Below are positions 41,842 to 50,623 of a stretch of DNA of 64,000 bases, piece by piece. The DNA comes from Candidatus Bathyarchaeota archaeon (GTDB taxonomy: Archaea > Thermoproteota > Bathyarchaeia > 40CM-2-53-6). The notes beneath the pieces were generated by a model. That model was not told where the DNA came from, searched no databases, and was given only the letters and a program-made list of their open reading frames with translations. The stretch is taken from assembly GCA_963835925.1 (NCBI GenBank), contig CAWIHH010000004.1:14452-78451 (forward strand), given 5' to 3'. Position numbers and translations under genes: made by a program. Position 1 is the stretch's first letter, and the number at the start of each line of letters is the position of its first letter.

Positions 41842-42536
41842 AAACGAATGGCAGTAGGAATCACGTGGACTTTCGATCGATCAGTGTGCCGTTCGTGTCG
41901 CTCGACTGGAACTTGCACTATTCTAAGATTGTTTTTTTTAGCTTTTACGAGGAGTTCGATATCGAAGTCGAAACCGTTCGCGGTCAATCCCAGCTCATCA
42001 CAGCTTGTCTTTATGACTGCTTTGAGGCCCTCGTTTGGGTTTGAGATGGGTATCTTGAAAATTCGGGTGAAAAGAGCCTGATACACCGATGAAAATACTT
42101 GTCGGATGGTTGAAGTATGAATGTTCTTTCCCTGGCCGACTACGAGATCTGCAGAACCCGAAAGGATTGGTTCCAGCAATCCTGGTATCTCGAATGGTGA
42201 GTACTGTTGATCCCCATCCATTATTACGAGTATTTCACCGGCTGCGCTTCGGAATCCAGTCCTTATGGCCGCTCCCTTACCCATATGTTTCTCTAGTGCG
42301 GCATACTTGACTGACGAAGAGCGTATTGAATAGTCTTTGATTTGATCTAGTGTTCTGTCGCGGCTTCCGTCGTCAATGAAGATTAGTTCTCGAATGGATT
42401 GGTTTGTGCGCACTAGTCTTTCGAAGGCTTCACAGATTGGTCCTATGCTGCTCTGTTCATCCCTCACAGGAACTATGATTGATGCTTCAAGGCTCAATAT
42501 CGGAATTCCACTCGAACAGTTTTCCTTGACATACAT
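41799..42536 (-). CDS. GT2-family glycosyltransferase (dolichyl-phosphate sugar synthase-like)
   Basis: Motifs SIIVPVRDE, FIDDGSRDRT, GKGAAIRTG and VIMDGDQQY (DxD). Confidence 0.8.
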   Translation of the reverse strand: MYVKENCSSGIPILSLEASIIVPVRDEQSSIGPICEAFERLVRTNQSIRELIFIDDGSRDRTLDQIKDYSIRSSSVKYAALEKHMGKGAAIRTGFRSAAGEILVIMDGDQQYSPFEIPGLLEPILSGSADLVVGQGKNIHTSTIRQVFSSVYQALFTRIFKIPISNPNEGLKAVIKTSCDELGLTANGFDFDIELLVKAKKNNLRIVQVPVERHERHTDRSKVHVIPTAIRFCATMAILWFSQEK

Positions 42537-42552
42537 GCCTCGAAGGACTCCA

Positions 42553-43341
42553 TCACGGAACGACTTTCTTTGTTTTGATTATGAAGTGCGTACCGCGAAT
42601 ATTGGGCAGGCCGTCAAAACTGATTATCATGTCTAAGATTCTTGTGAGCGCCTTGAATAGATTTGTATGAGTAATTTCCTTCATGGACGTGAGGCTCTTT
42701 CGAGTTAGAACTTCGTAGTAGAGCGAGAGGGCAAGATAGTTTTCCAAAGCGGGAACGAGCCATCTTCCGATGAAGAATAGTTCGATGGGAGCGAGGCCCA
42801 ATCGTTTCAGTCTTGGCATAAGATCGGATGGATCGTAGAGTTGTTTTAATCCAGGCGACCAAATCCCAATCTGACGATGGCGAATTCCAATTCGTTCTAA
42901 TAATCGATTCAGCGGATCGTAAATCATGGGATAGTTCTTGTACGGAACTGAGATAGTGCACGTTCCACCATGTTCGAGAATTCTAGCCAGTTCCTTTAGA
43001 GTGCATTCATCGTTCTGCATCATGTTGATCACTTCCATGCAGTAGGCAGTCCGAAACGAACCATCACGGAAAGGCATGTTAGTCGCGGTTGCAGCCACTA
43101 GATCGCAGCGTTCGCGTGCCTGCTTGAGTACCGTTTTAGCGTTTTCCAACTGCTGAAGGTCACTGTCTAATCCAATCACATTGACGCCCTCCATCTTTAG
43201 CGATGCCATTAACTCTCCGCCTCCGCAACCTACGTCCAGAATTAGGCCTCCGGTCGCTATCCGCTTCTCCAGGACGTGTTGTAGTCTTGCTCGGCTTGTC
43301 AGACCGAGCATCTTGACCGTCACGATTTGCGAGGGCACCAA
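42553..43341 (-). CDS. class I SAM-dependent methyltransferase
   Basis: ILDVGCGGGELM is the motif I glycine loop. Confidence 0.7.
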   Translation of the reverse strand: MVPSQIVTVKMLGLTSRARLQHVLEKRIATGGLILDVGCGGGELMASLKMEGVNVIGLDSDLQQLENAKTVLKQARERCDLVAATATNMPFRDGSFRTAYCMEVINMMQNDECTLKELARILEHGGTCTISVPYKNYPMIYDPLNRLLERIGIRHRQIGIWSPGLKQLYDPSDLMPRLKRLGLAPIELFFIGRWLVPALENYLALSLYYEVLTRKSLTSMKEITHTNLFKALTRILDMIISFDGLPNIRGTHFIIKTKKVVP

Positions 43342-43425
43342 ACAAACTCCCTGACCTGAATCTCATCCAAAAGAGCTATGTTCGGACTGGGGGATCCCTG
43401 ATCTGCGTAGAACGCAGATTGAGGC

Positions 43426-45042
43426 ATGCTTCAACCTCTGTTAAGGGGGGATTATTCAACTTGCCCAGCTGCTCGATTCCATGAGGGCATGACGGTAACA
43501 GAGGAATTTTGCCAAAGCTTGTCGGATCTCTTGAAGCGGAACTTTGAGATTCTTATCCTAGTGGTTGCAGCACTAGTCCTGTACCTCTTGTTCATGTCGC
43601 GTTCTTTTGACGAGGTGGATGCCTTCAATTTCGCGCTGGCCCTTACCCGCTACGATGTCTTGGTTCATCAGCCTCATCCGCCGGGATATCCGATTTTTGT
43701 TTTCATTGCGAGTATACCGTACTGGATCACTCGTGATCCGTTGTTCTCTTTGACTTTGGTTAGTTGTGTGAGTGGAGCGTTTACGTTGGTTCCTACTTAT
43801 GCGATTGCGAAACGTCTCTTCAACCGAGAGGTCGCTTTCTTCGCGGCTATGGCGCTAATGGTTGCTCCAGGATTTTGGCTGGTGAGTGAGCAAGCCGTTA
43901 GCGATATGCTCTTTACTCTCTTTCTCACAATTGCGATAAGCCAACTTCTCATTGGCGGCGAATCGAAACTCTATCTCTATTCTTCTTGGGCAATGTTGGG
44001 CATGGCGTTAGGGGTTCGAATTCTGAACTTCGTCTTTTTCATACCATTTCTCTACGAAACGATCAGAGTGACAAAACGTGTGCGTGATGTCTTAGCGTGC
44101 GTACTCATTTGTCTAGGAGTTCTATGCTTGGCTATGTTGCCAGCCGTGTTTTTGACCGGGTACAGTCAATACTTGAATGCTGTTCTTGATCAATTGAGTC
44201 GACATTTGAGAGATGACGTAAACCCGTTCGGGTTATCCGCTCTTGGCCGACTTGTCTTTCTTTTTCTGACTCTAATGAGTGGGCTGGGCGCGACTTTGCC
44301 GTTTCAACTTCTGCGACCCGATCTCTACGTATCAGATTCAATCTTCGCTGGGCTTAACGTCATTTTGATTCTGTTCATGTTCGGAGCTGGGGTGGTGCTT
44401 CTGAGACGTGTCAAGAGGATTTCGAAAGCTTTCTTTCTGATATTGTGGGTGTTTCCATACTTTGGCTATGTCTATCTGCTTGGTGCACCGGGTTACTCGC
44501 GATACCTGCTTCCTGTACTTCCACCTATTTTGATCGTACTGGTCGGCTGCGCGCTTTCTGCTGGTCGTTTCTTTTGTTCATTCATGGGGAGGGGAAAAGA
44601 GGCCGCAACTCATCTGAAAGTGGCGGCTCGATACGCGATGGTCATTCTATTTGTTGCGAGCATGTTTACTTATTCGCTGCCATTGGCGACAGCGCTTCAT
44701 ACGGAGCTGGCTCCCAACGTGCAACTCGTATTATTTGTCCGTTCACACTATGATCCATCAACTACTACAATAATTGTCTTCCATGAACAGAGAGCTTTCC
44801 AGGTGTTCGGATCCGACTTCAGACAAGTTCATTGTTGCGATCAGATTCAGAAAGCAAGGGCTGTAATGGAGAGCAGGTTACGCCTGTCTGACATGGTCCT
44901 GATAACCGATACAGCTCTTGTAGCTTTCCGAAGGCAGGGAATTACGCCAACTGTCGTGCAGATTGCGGTCTTTTCCCGAAGTCCGCTGGTGAAATTCGAA
45001 GATAACACGGTTGTACTTTATAGGGTTGTTACAGTTGGGTAA
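43426..45042 (+). CDS. GT-C fold membrane glycosyltransferase (DUF2723/TMEM260-like)
   Basis: 538 aa with more than 10 TM segments and an early loop DEVDAFNF...HQPHPPGYPIF. Confidence 0.5.
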   Translation: MLQPLLRGDYSTCPAARFHEGMTVTEEFCQSLSDLLKRNFEILILVVAALVLYLLFMSRSFDEVDAFNFALALTRYDVLVHQPHPPGYPIFVFIASIPYWITRDPLFSLTLVSCVSGAFTLVPTYAIAKRLFNREVAFFAAMALMVAPGFWLVSEQAVSDMLFTLFLTIAISQLLIGGESKLYLYSSWAMLGMALGVRILNFVFFIPFLYETIRVTKRVRDVLACVLICLGVLCLAMLPAVFLTGYSQYLNAVLDQLSRHLRDDVNPFGLSALGRLVFLFLTLMSGLGATLPFQLLRPDLYVSDSIFAGLNVILILFMFGAGVVLLRRVKRISKAFFLILWVFPYFGYVYLLGAPGYSRYLLPVLPPILIVLVGCALSAGRFFCSFMGRGKEAATHLKVAARYAMVILFVASMFTYSLPLATALHTELAPNVQLVLFVRSHYDPSTTTIIVFHEQRAFQVFGSDFRQVHCCDQIQKARAVMESRLRLSDMVLITDTALVAFRRQGITPTVVQIAVFSRSPLVKFEDNTVVLYRVVTVG

Positions 45043-46201
45043 CAGATCGAGAGATACATCAAAATCGCCCTGGGGCATGAACTGGACCTCCAAGCCTATT
45101 CGTAACGCCGTTAAATGTGCACTCTTGCTTTGTGTTATCATTCTTCCAGCAACCTTTTCGATGACACGTGTCCTCGCCGATAGCGAATCCCAGCAGTTGC
45201 TGGGCGCGTTCTTCTATCCGTGGTTTGGGCACTACAACCACTGGAATTTATCAAGCCGTCAACCTCCCCTAAGTTGGGCTTCCGAATATCTGCCTTCAGT
45301 CTCCGCACAGACCAATGAACCGGCCAGAGCATTGTACGATAGTAATGATACGGATGTGATACTCTGGCAACTTGGTAAAATGAGGCAGGCCGGCTTGGAT
45401 TTCGCCATATCGTCTTGGTGGGGAAGAAGCACCTACGACGATAAAGTTCTGCAGAAGATAATCTTCGGAGTCATGCCAAGAAATGATAACCCCTACCCCG
45501 ACTTGAGATGGTCAATTGTGTATGAGAAGGTGAGGTTTAGTGACCCTTCGGTTGAGGAGATTGTGCAAGATCTACAGTATCTCAAGGCGACTTTTGGTGG
45601 ATCGAGCAGTATCCTGCGGATCGGTGGAAGAATGGTTCTCTTTGTTGCGGGCGCTCCCGGTAACACTAGCCAATACGTGGACAAATGGAGCGAGGCTGTT
45701 AATCGTGTGGGAGATATCTATCTTGTCTTGAAGGCTTTCGGAGGATACGGGGCGTTTGCGTCAAAGGCTGACGCTTGGTATCAGTTTGCGCCTGGCAATC
45801 GTATGCAATTCGACAGTTACTATTGGGGATACGTATCTCCTGGCTACTGGATGTACAATGAATCGGCTCCCAGATTGGTGAGAAGCCCCACCGAGTTTGC
45901 CAAGGCTCTGCAAACCCTTCGAGAATCAAACGTGCAACTCGTATTGATTGAGACTTGGAATGACTGGAACGAGGGTTCACAGATTGAACCAGGCCGAGAT
46001 ATTGCAAGCGGCAGTGCATATGGCGATACGTACGTAGACTTGGTCCGCCAAGTCATGAAAGAAAACATGCAACCTTCGTCAAATCAAGCTTTGGCAATGC
46101 TTGGGGGAATATTCTCAACCATTGCACTAGTTCTTGTGATGTTTCCAGCTCTTCACAGAAGGAGGAAAAGCGTCGGCGCATCAGATAGAGCTACGCATTA
46201 A
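45011..46201 (+). CDS. secreted GH99/WbsX-like glycoside hydrolase with C-terminal anchor
   Basis: Motifs FFYPWFGHYNHW, ISSWWGR and IETWNDWNEGSQIEPG, with a C-terminal TM segment. The likely start is 45079. Confidence 0.5.
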   Translation: MYFIGLLQLGNRSRDTSKSPWGMNWTSKPIRNAVKCALLLCVIILPATFSMTRVLADSESQQLLGAFFYPWFGHYNHWNLSSRQPPLSWASEYLPSVSAQTNEPARALYDSNDTDVILWQLGKMRQAGLDFAISSWWGRSTYDDKVLQKIIFGVMPRNDNPYPDLRWSIVYEKVRFSDPSVEEIVQDLQYLKATFGGSSSILRIGGRMVLFVAGAPGNTSQYVDKWSEAVNRVGDIYLVLKAFGGYGAFASKADAWYQFAPGNRMQFDSYYWGYVSPGYWMYNESAPRLVRSPTEFAKALQTLRESNVQLVLIETWNDWNEGSQIEPGRDIASGSAYGDTYVDLVRQVMKENMQPSSNQALAMLGGIFSTIALVLVMFPALHRRRKSVGASDRATH

Positions 46202-46341
46202 CTGCTGACTAAGTATCTGCGCCTTCGCACACGTTTTCACGTCGTTTGCGGGGAGCTTCCTATTTGCGCGACGCAAGGATCCTCCGACCGCGCCATCAAA
46301 GAATACTCGGGCTCCGAAACAGAGTCGCGTACTGCACTGCA

Positions 46342-47022
46342 TCAAGTGCTTTCACGGCAGTCTTCTCCTTGAGATTCCTTTTTCACATACGCTTGCAGGA
46401 TTTCTGCTTGGACGATCAATGAAAGGAGTGCCACGCCGAATACCATCGCTTGTATTGTGTCTCTGTAATTGCTTTCTGGGTGAGAGGACTAGTGCGATTG
46501 AGACTGCTCCACGTAGCCCCGCAAAGGCTAGGATCCTTTTCCATGAGGCCGGTATCTTCTCTCCCATTAGTTGAGCGAACCATAGGATTGGGTAGACGCT
46601 GAGGATTCTCGAGATGATTATGGCCGCGAAAGCCACGATTATGAATGGGGCGTAGGCGATCAGCAGCTTGAAGTCGGCTTTCAACCCGATGAGTAGAAAG
46701 GCGAAGGCTGTGGCAAGAAAGGTCACCATCTCCCAAAATTTTATCATCGTTTCACGGGTTTCCTCTGACATGGCTGTTCGCATCGTCCGGTTCCCCATGT
46801 ACAAGACGGCGATGGGTACTGCAATCAGACCTGACACGCCTAGGCTCTCTGCAAGCACGTAGGAACCGTACATGACCGCTATGGTGAAGGATGTTTCCGC
46901 GAGAGGGTCCGTGATCAACTTGTGGAGCAGTTCAGCAACGCCTGACACCAGCAGACCGATTCCAACTCCTCCTAGCAGAGTGACACCGAATTGGCTCAGG
47001 CCGCTTGCGACATTTCATCTGG
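46342..47022 (-). pseudogene. nhaP: Na+/H+ antiporter (NhaP/CPA1) fragment, 5'-truncated and frameshifted
   Basis: Only the C-terminal TM region is present (..LAESLGVSGLIAV..AGLRGAVSIALVLS, then LPESNYRDTIQAMVFGVALLSLIVQ in another frame). An in-frame stop lies at approx. 47022 with no N-terminal half. Confidence 0.6.
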
Positions 47023-47039
47023 CGACATATCGAATCTGT

Positions 47040-47399
47040 TTAGATGATTGAGTTGGATGGATTAATACCTAACCCAGCATTCACCCCTTGACCTATCTCT
47101 AATCTACGCCTCTTATAGAAGTCAACTACCGCTTCATTGATGAATGTACTAAGATCACTATCATACCCACGCTTCCTAGCATAGTCATACAGCAATAACG
47201 GTACTGGATCGATCTTCGCGCTCTTAGTGATAGGTGTTAACTCTAGTTCAACTGATCTACCTAATGGTTGACTAGATAGGATAGTAGATGACAACGATGG
47301 TGCATCTGATGGTTGAGTAGGTATAGTAGATGACAACGATGGTGCATCTGATGGTTGAGTAGGTATAGGGGATGGTATACCTGATGGTTGAGTAGGCAC
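47040..47399 (-). CDS. repeat-containing protein with RHH-like C-terminal domain
   Basis: The N-terminus has Pro/Ser/Thr-rich 14-aa tandem repeats (IPTQPSDAPSLSST). The C-terminus is IDPVPLLLYDYARKRGYDSDLSTFINEAVVDFYKRR. The frame stays open upstream to 47513 without an ATG. Confidence 0.4.
   Translation of the reverse strand: MPTQPSGIPSPIPTQPSDAPSLSSTIPTQPSDAPSLSSTILSSQPLGRSVELELTPITKSAKIDPVPLLLYDYARKRGYDSDLSTFINEAVVDFYKRRRLEIGQGVNAGLGINPSNSII
47261..47397. repeat. tandem repeat, approx. 42-bp unit, 3-4 copies
   Basis: The core ctgatggttgagtagg recurs at 47306, 47348 and 47381, with a variant at 47261. Units 47264-47305 and 47306-47347 are near-identical. Confidence 0.85.
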
Positions 47400-47454
47400 A
47401 TTGCTTGTATCCTGTATTTGAAGCTGAATTTTGGAGCTAGGTTGAGAAGGGGAT

Positions 47455-47485
47455 GATAGGATAGTAGGATAGTAGGATAGTAGGT
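47455..47485. repeat. 8-bp microsatellite (GATAGTAG)n, approx. 3.5 units
   Basis: ataggatagtaggatagtaggatagtagg, read directly. Confidence 0.85.
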
Positions 47486-47488
47486 TGG

Positions 47489-48197
47489 ATGATGGAGTGG
47501 TATTGGGATGCTTTCAGGAATGTTCTGCCTGAATGGTTGGACTTCCAAGGTCGAATGACTTTGAGCTCACCAGAACAATGCGTCTGACCCGTTCAATGCT
47601 GCGTTGAATTATGGGTACGGCTTTCTTGAAGGCGAATGCAGAATGGCGATTAACTGCTGTTGGCTTGGAACCATGCGGTCGGATTTCTGCATGACTTTAG
47701 TGATTACCAGACGAAGCAATCCTTAGCCTATGATCTTGCAGGAACCGTTCAGGTGGATAGTTGACCTATCGGTGATTCAAGCTTTCGAGTCGAAGGTCTT
47801 AGGCTTGCATGATTTCTATTTCACTGGTGATGATTACCGTTACCGGTTCGAGACTGAAGCGAAGCAGCGTTTTATTGATTTGATTCGTGAACGATTCAAC
47901 GCTGGAGTAGGTACAAAGGGTCGAGTTCTGAAATGGGATACGGTGATCGAACAGAAAACTGAAGAGCTAGGCAGATATTTGACAGGAAAATCATCCACGC
48001 TTGACTTCGTCGAACCTGCACCAAGCCTGGAAAGGCAGGATAGCCGAGAGTTGCGATCTAAGATTCTTGCGCTAACTCAATCTCAAGCTAGACAGCTCGG
48101 AATTGGGAAGAGCACGCTCTACTACTTGCGAAGAAATGCAAGAATGCGCCGACCCATCGTGGTCTATAGCAAGCTTCTTGAGAAGTTGGTTCAGTGA
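47489..48197 (+). pseudogene. cas1: Cas1/casposase-like gene remnant with C-terminal HTH; N-terminal domain missing, at least 3 frameshifts or stops
   Basis: YWDAFRNVLPEWLDFQGR, DPFNAALNYGYGFLE, VGFLHDFSDYQTKQSLAYDL and QEPFRWIVD (Cas1 core motifs) lie in three frames. The intact tail 47730-48197 ends with the HTH SQARQLGIGKSTLYYLRRNA. Confidence 0.65.
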
Positions 48198-49941
48198 GTT
48201 GTTTGGCAAGACAATCGGGCGGTATCTCGGCGTTCTAAGCTTTGCAACAGTAGCACTCATACTAAGCCCAAGATATCTCTCTGCTGACTTCAACGCCGCC
48301 ATGGCTAACGATCCGCAGAAATTCATAGAACTCATTGTTGTTTACTACGGATTGCTCTCTATTCCAGTAGCTTGGTCAATATTCCCATCGCTACTGAGGG
48401 TCCCCAAGGCTAGAGGTTACATAGCTACCGCAATATTCTCGGTATTTCTAGTGTCATCCAGAGTTGTCACATATTTTGGACTTGGCAACCCTGAACGCCT
48501 CCTCGACATCCTCGTCGGTGCAATCATACTGTATGTCCTGAGGGAAGTAGTGAGCACTAAGGAAAAAGCACCACTAGGGTCCCCCACACCGGCATTCTTG
48601 GATTTTGGCCAACAATTCGCTTCAGGGTTGGTCTATTTCGGCACAGTGACAGCTGCAGAAGTGATAATCTTATGGTCGACACGGGGAATGCTACCGTATC
48701 CGTATCTAACAGCTGGCATCTGGGCGTCATTGGCGCTGATTTTTGGGTTGCCCATTTTGCGTGTCTATGCTCGTGGTTTTGCTGAGGAGGGGATATCCAT
48801 TCGAAGCTTCTTCGCCTCCATGAAGTCAGCGAAGGAAATGGAAAGATTGGCCGTCATTTCTAATCTGTCAGTGATTGGTGTTCTACTCGCTCACGTCACT
48901 TACGCTTCAAGTGTAGAATTGCATTCAATAATCTACGCTATCGTACTCCTGGGCTTGCCCAGTACCTCATCTCTTCCTACGCTACTGGTGGTGGCTCTCT
49001 ACGCATTGGTATTCGCCTTGCTCATAGCCATGGCAATCACTCCGTTATGGGTTAATTATAGATCTCTTGGGATGAGCGAAGACGATATTCGAAGAATAAT
49101 GGAGAGCAAGACCATCTGGCGGACACCGCTTATTATCCAAGACTTGCTTACGGCTTTGACGTTTGGATTGATCAAGACGGACTTGTTCTTGGTAATCCCC
49201 TTAACGCTCTTTGGAGTCACACCAAACAGATTGCTCTCATTCCCGAATGAAGCCTACATCCTTCTTGTAACCATAATACTGCTGTTCTTCGGTCGCATCT
49301 TGACTACTCTTGCAGGGAGAAGCTTCCCCCTCTACGCCCTAGGCATCGTCATGGCACCTATCAGCATAGTGTTTTCGACTTCTCTCGACTTCTTTCATAC
49401 GGACATCAAAAGACGGCTCCTTCGTCACTACGCTAGACTCCAAGAGCAATTGCCGCTTATCATTGAGCGACTAGAGAAAGCCGCAACAAATGAATACGAT
49501 CTACTCTTGTTGCGACTGATTTCACGGTACGGGCTCTTGGACCAAGAAATCATTGGTGGAAAACACGGGCTTCCTGGGATTAGACCGGTTGACATAGATC
49601 CAGTTGCACGTGTTTTGAATTTGAGCATCAGAGATAGGAAATCCAAGAAATTGGCGCAGATATCCATACCACTTGACGTAGAGACTGCGCACCTTCTAGA
49701 AAGTTGCCTCTCCGGCGTCACTCCAACAAATCGTATTTTCCAAATCTCAAGAATGCAGTTGTGGGCAAGAATCATCCACCTTGCCAAGCGTGCTGCAGAG
49801 AATCCACTTCAGATTACGACGTTTCGATTAAGAGCCCACTTTGTGACATACTGTTCAAAGAATCTACCATCCGATGTAGCAGAGCAGCTGAGGACACGAA
49901 GTGTTACGAATCCGTCTAGCCCTGACACCCATATCCGGTAG
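48103..49941 (+). CDS. polytopic membrane protein with C-terminal degenerate tyrosine-recombinase-like domain
   Basis: About 10-12 TM segments fill the first approx. 440 aa. The last approx. 170 aa resemble an integrase catalytic domain (..IPLDVETAHLLESCL..RIFQISRMQLWARIIHLAKRA..ITTFRLRAHFVTY..) but with substituted catalytic positions. The true start is probably downstream of 48197. Confidence 0.5.
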   Translation: MGRARSTTCEEMQECADPSWSIASFLRSWFSELFGKTIGRYLGVLSFATVALILSPRYLSADFNAAMANDPQKFIELIVVYYGLLSIPVAWSIFPSLLRVPKARGYIATAIFSVFLVSSRVVTYFGLGNPERLLDILVGAIILYVLREVVSTKEKAPLGSPTPAFLDFGQQFASGLVYFGTVTAAEVIILWSTRGMLPYPYLTAGIWASLALIFGLPILRVYARGFAEEGISIRSFFASMKSAKEMERLAVISNLSVIGVLLAHVTYASSVELHSIIYAIVLLGLPSTSSLPTLLVVALYALVFALLIAMAITPLWVNYRSLGMSEDDIRRIMESKTIWRTPLIIQDLLTALTFGLIKTDLFLVIPLTLFGVTPNRLLSFPNEAYILLVTIILLFFGRILTTLAGRSFPLYALGIVMAPISIVFSTSLDFFHTDIKRRLLRHYARLQEQLPLIIERLEKAATNEYDLLLLRLISRYGLLDQEIIGGKHGLPGIRPVDIDPVARVLNLSIRDRKSKKLAQISIPLDVETAHLLESCLSGVTPTNRIFQISRMQLWARIIHLAKRAAENPLQITTFRLRAHFVTYCSKNLPSDVAEQLRTRSVTNPSSPDTHIR

Positions 49942-49990
49942 AGGCTATGCTATTTCCAATACCAATTGCGGTAGTGCTTTCAGGTTTTTT

Positions 49991-50030
49991 GTGTGTGTGG
50001 TATCAGTGGTGCGGGCAACGTAATTTGAAC
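49991..50030 (+). repeat. intergenic repeat family copy (short form)
   Basis: gtgtgtgtggtatcagtggtgcgggcaacgtaatttgaac matches 36 of 40 positions of the copy at 56854-56893. Confidence 0.75.
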
Positions 50031-50294
50031 CCTGGTCCGTGGTCAGAAAATGGTGAATGCGCGCCAGTAAATCACACTTTGAAACTGCCTGCAACACACA
50101 AGGGCAGGTCACAATAGGAACATTACCGAGTGCTGAAATTGATGAACATTGGCAAAAGAAGTCAATTGCGCCCCTCCATGTAGCTTCAGAGTCAGAAGCG
50201 AAAAGGAAGATGAGGTCGTAACGATGGTGCAGCAGCATGCAAAGAACTCGCATCAGAAAGACGTGTCAAGAAGCGACGTTCTCGGCATGATGAA

Positions 50295-50344
50295 GACAGT
50301 TTAGAATTATTCCAAGCTTTCTAAACTGTCAAATCCCTATTTTT
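50295..50344 (+). terminator. 12-bp perfect inverted repeat followed by a T5 run
   Basis: gacagtttagaa (50295-50306) pairs with ttctaaactgtc (50319-50330) across a 12-nt loop. TTTTT lies at 50340-50344. Confidence 0.3.
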
Positions 50345-50468
50345 CAACTCCGATTGGCTTCGAAAAGCTTCGAACGTTTTCAGTAATGTATCGTGTGTTC
50401 AGCATAGTCGGGTGCGCACATACGAACAGTGAATGCATCAACTTCCTAATTGAGGAAGCGCCTGACTT

Positions 50469-50570
50469 GCTGCGAGCTAAGCGAGCAGTTAGAATGTGTG
50501 TGTGAGGCATAGCTGGTGCGAGCACCAGAATTTGAATCGTCGTCGTTCGGTCATTTAGTGTGTGTGCACC
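50469..50570 (+). repeat. intergenic repeat family copy (full form)
   Basis: gctgcgagctaagcgagca ..gtgtgtgtgaggcatagctggtgcgagcaccagaatttgaat, plus a second gtgtgtgtgcacc at 50558-50570. Confidence 0.75.
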
Positions 50571-50623
50571 ATTGATACGGGGATATAGGTAAGATTAGAT
50601 TTTAGACAGGTCACTGTCTTATT

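Noticed and set aside
49945-50525. ORFs 49945-50253 and 50337-50525 (minus strand), and likewise 54577-54924 and 54681-54890, as protein genes.
   Set aside because: Each reads straight through a repeat copy, and the repeat is translated in different frames in different copies. No family resemblance is visible. They are probably chance ORFs in GC-rich repeats.
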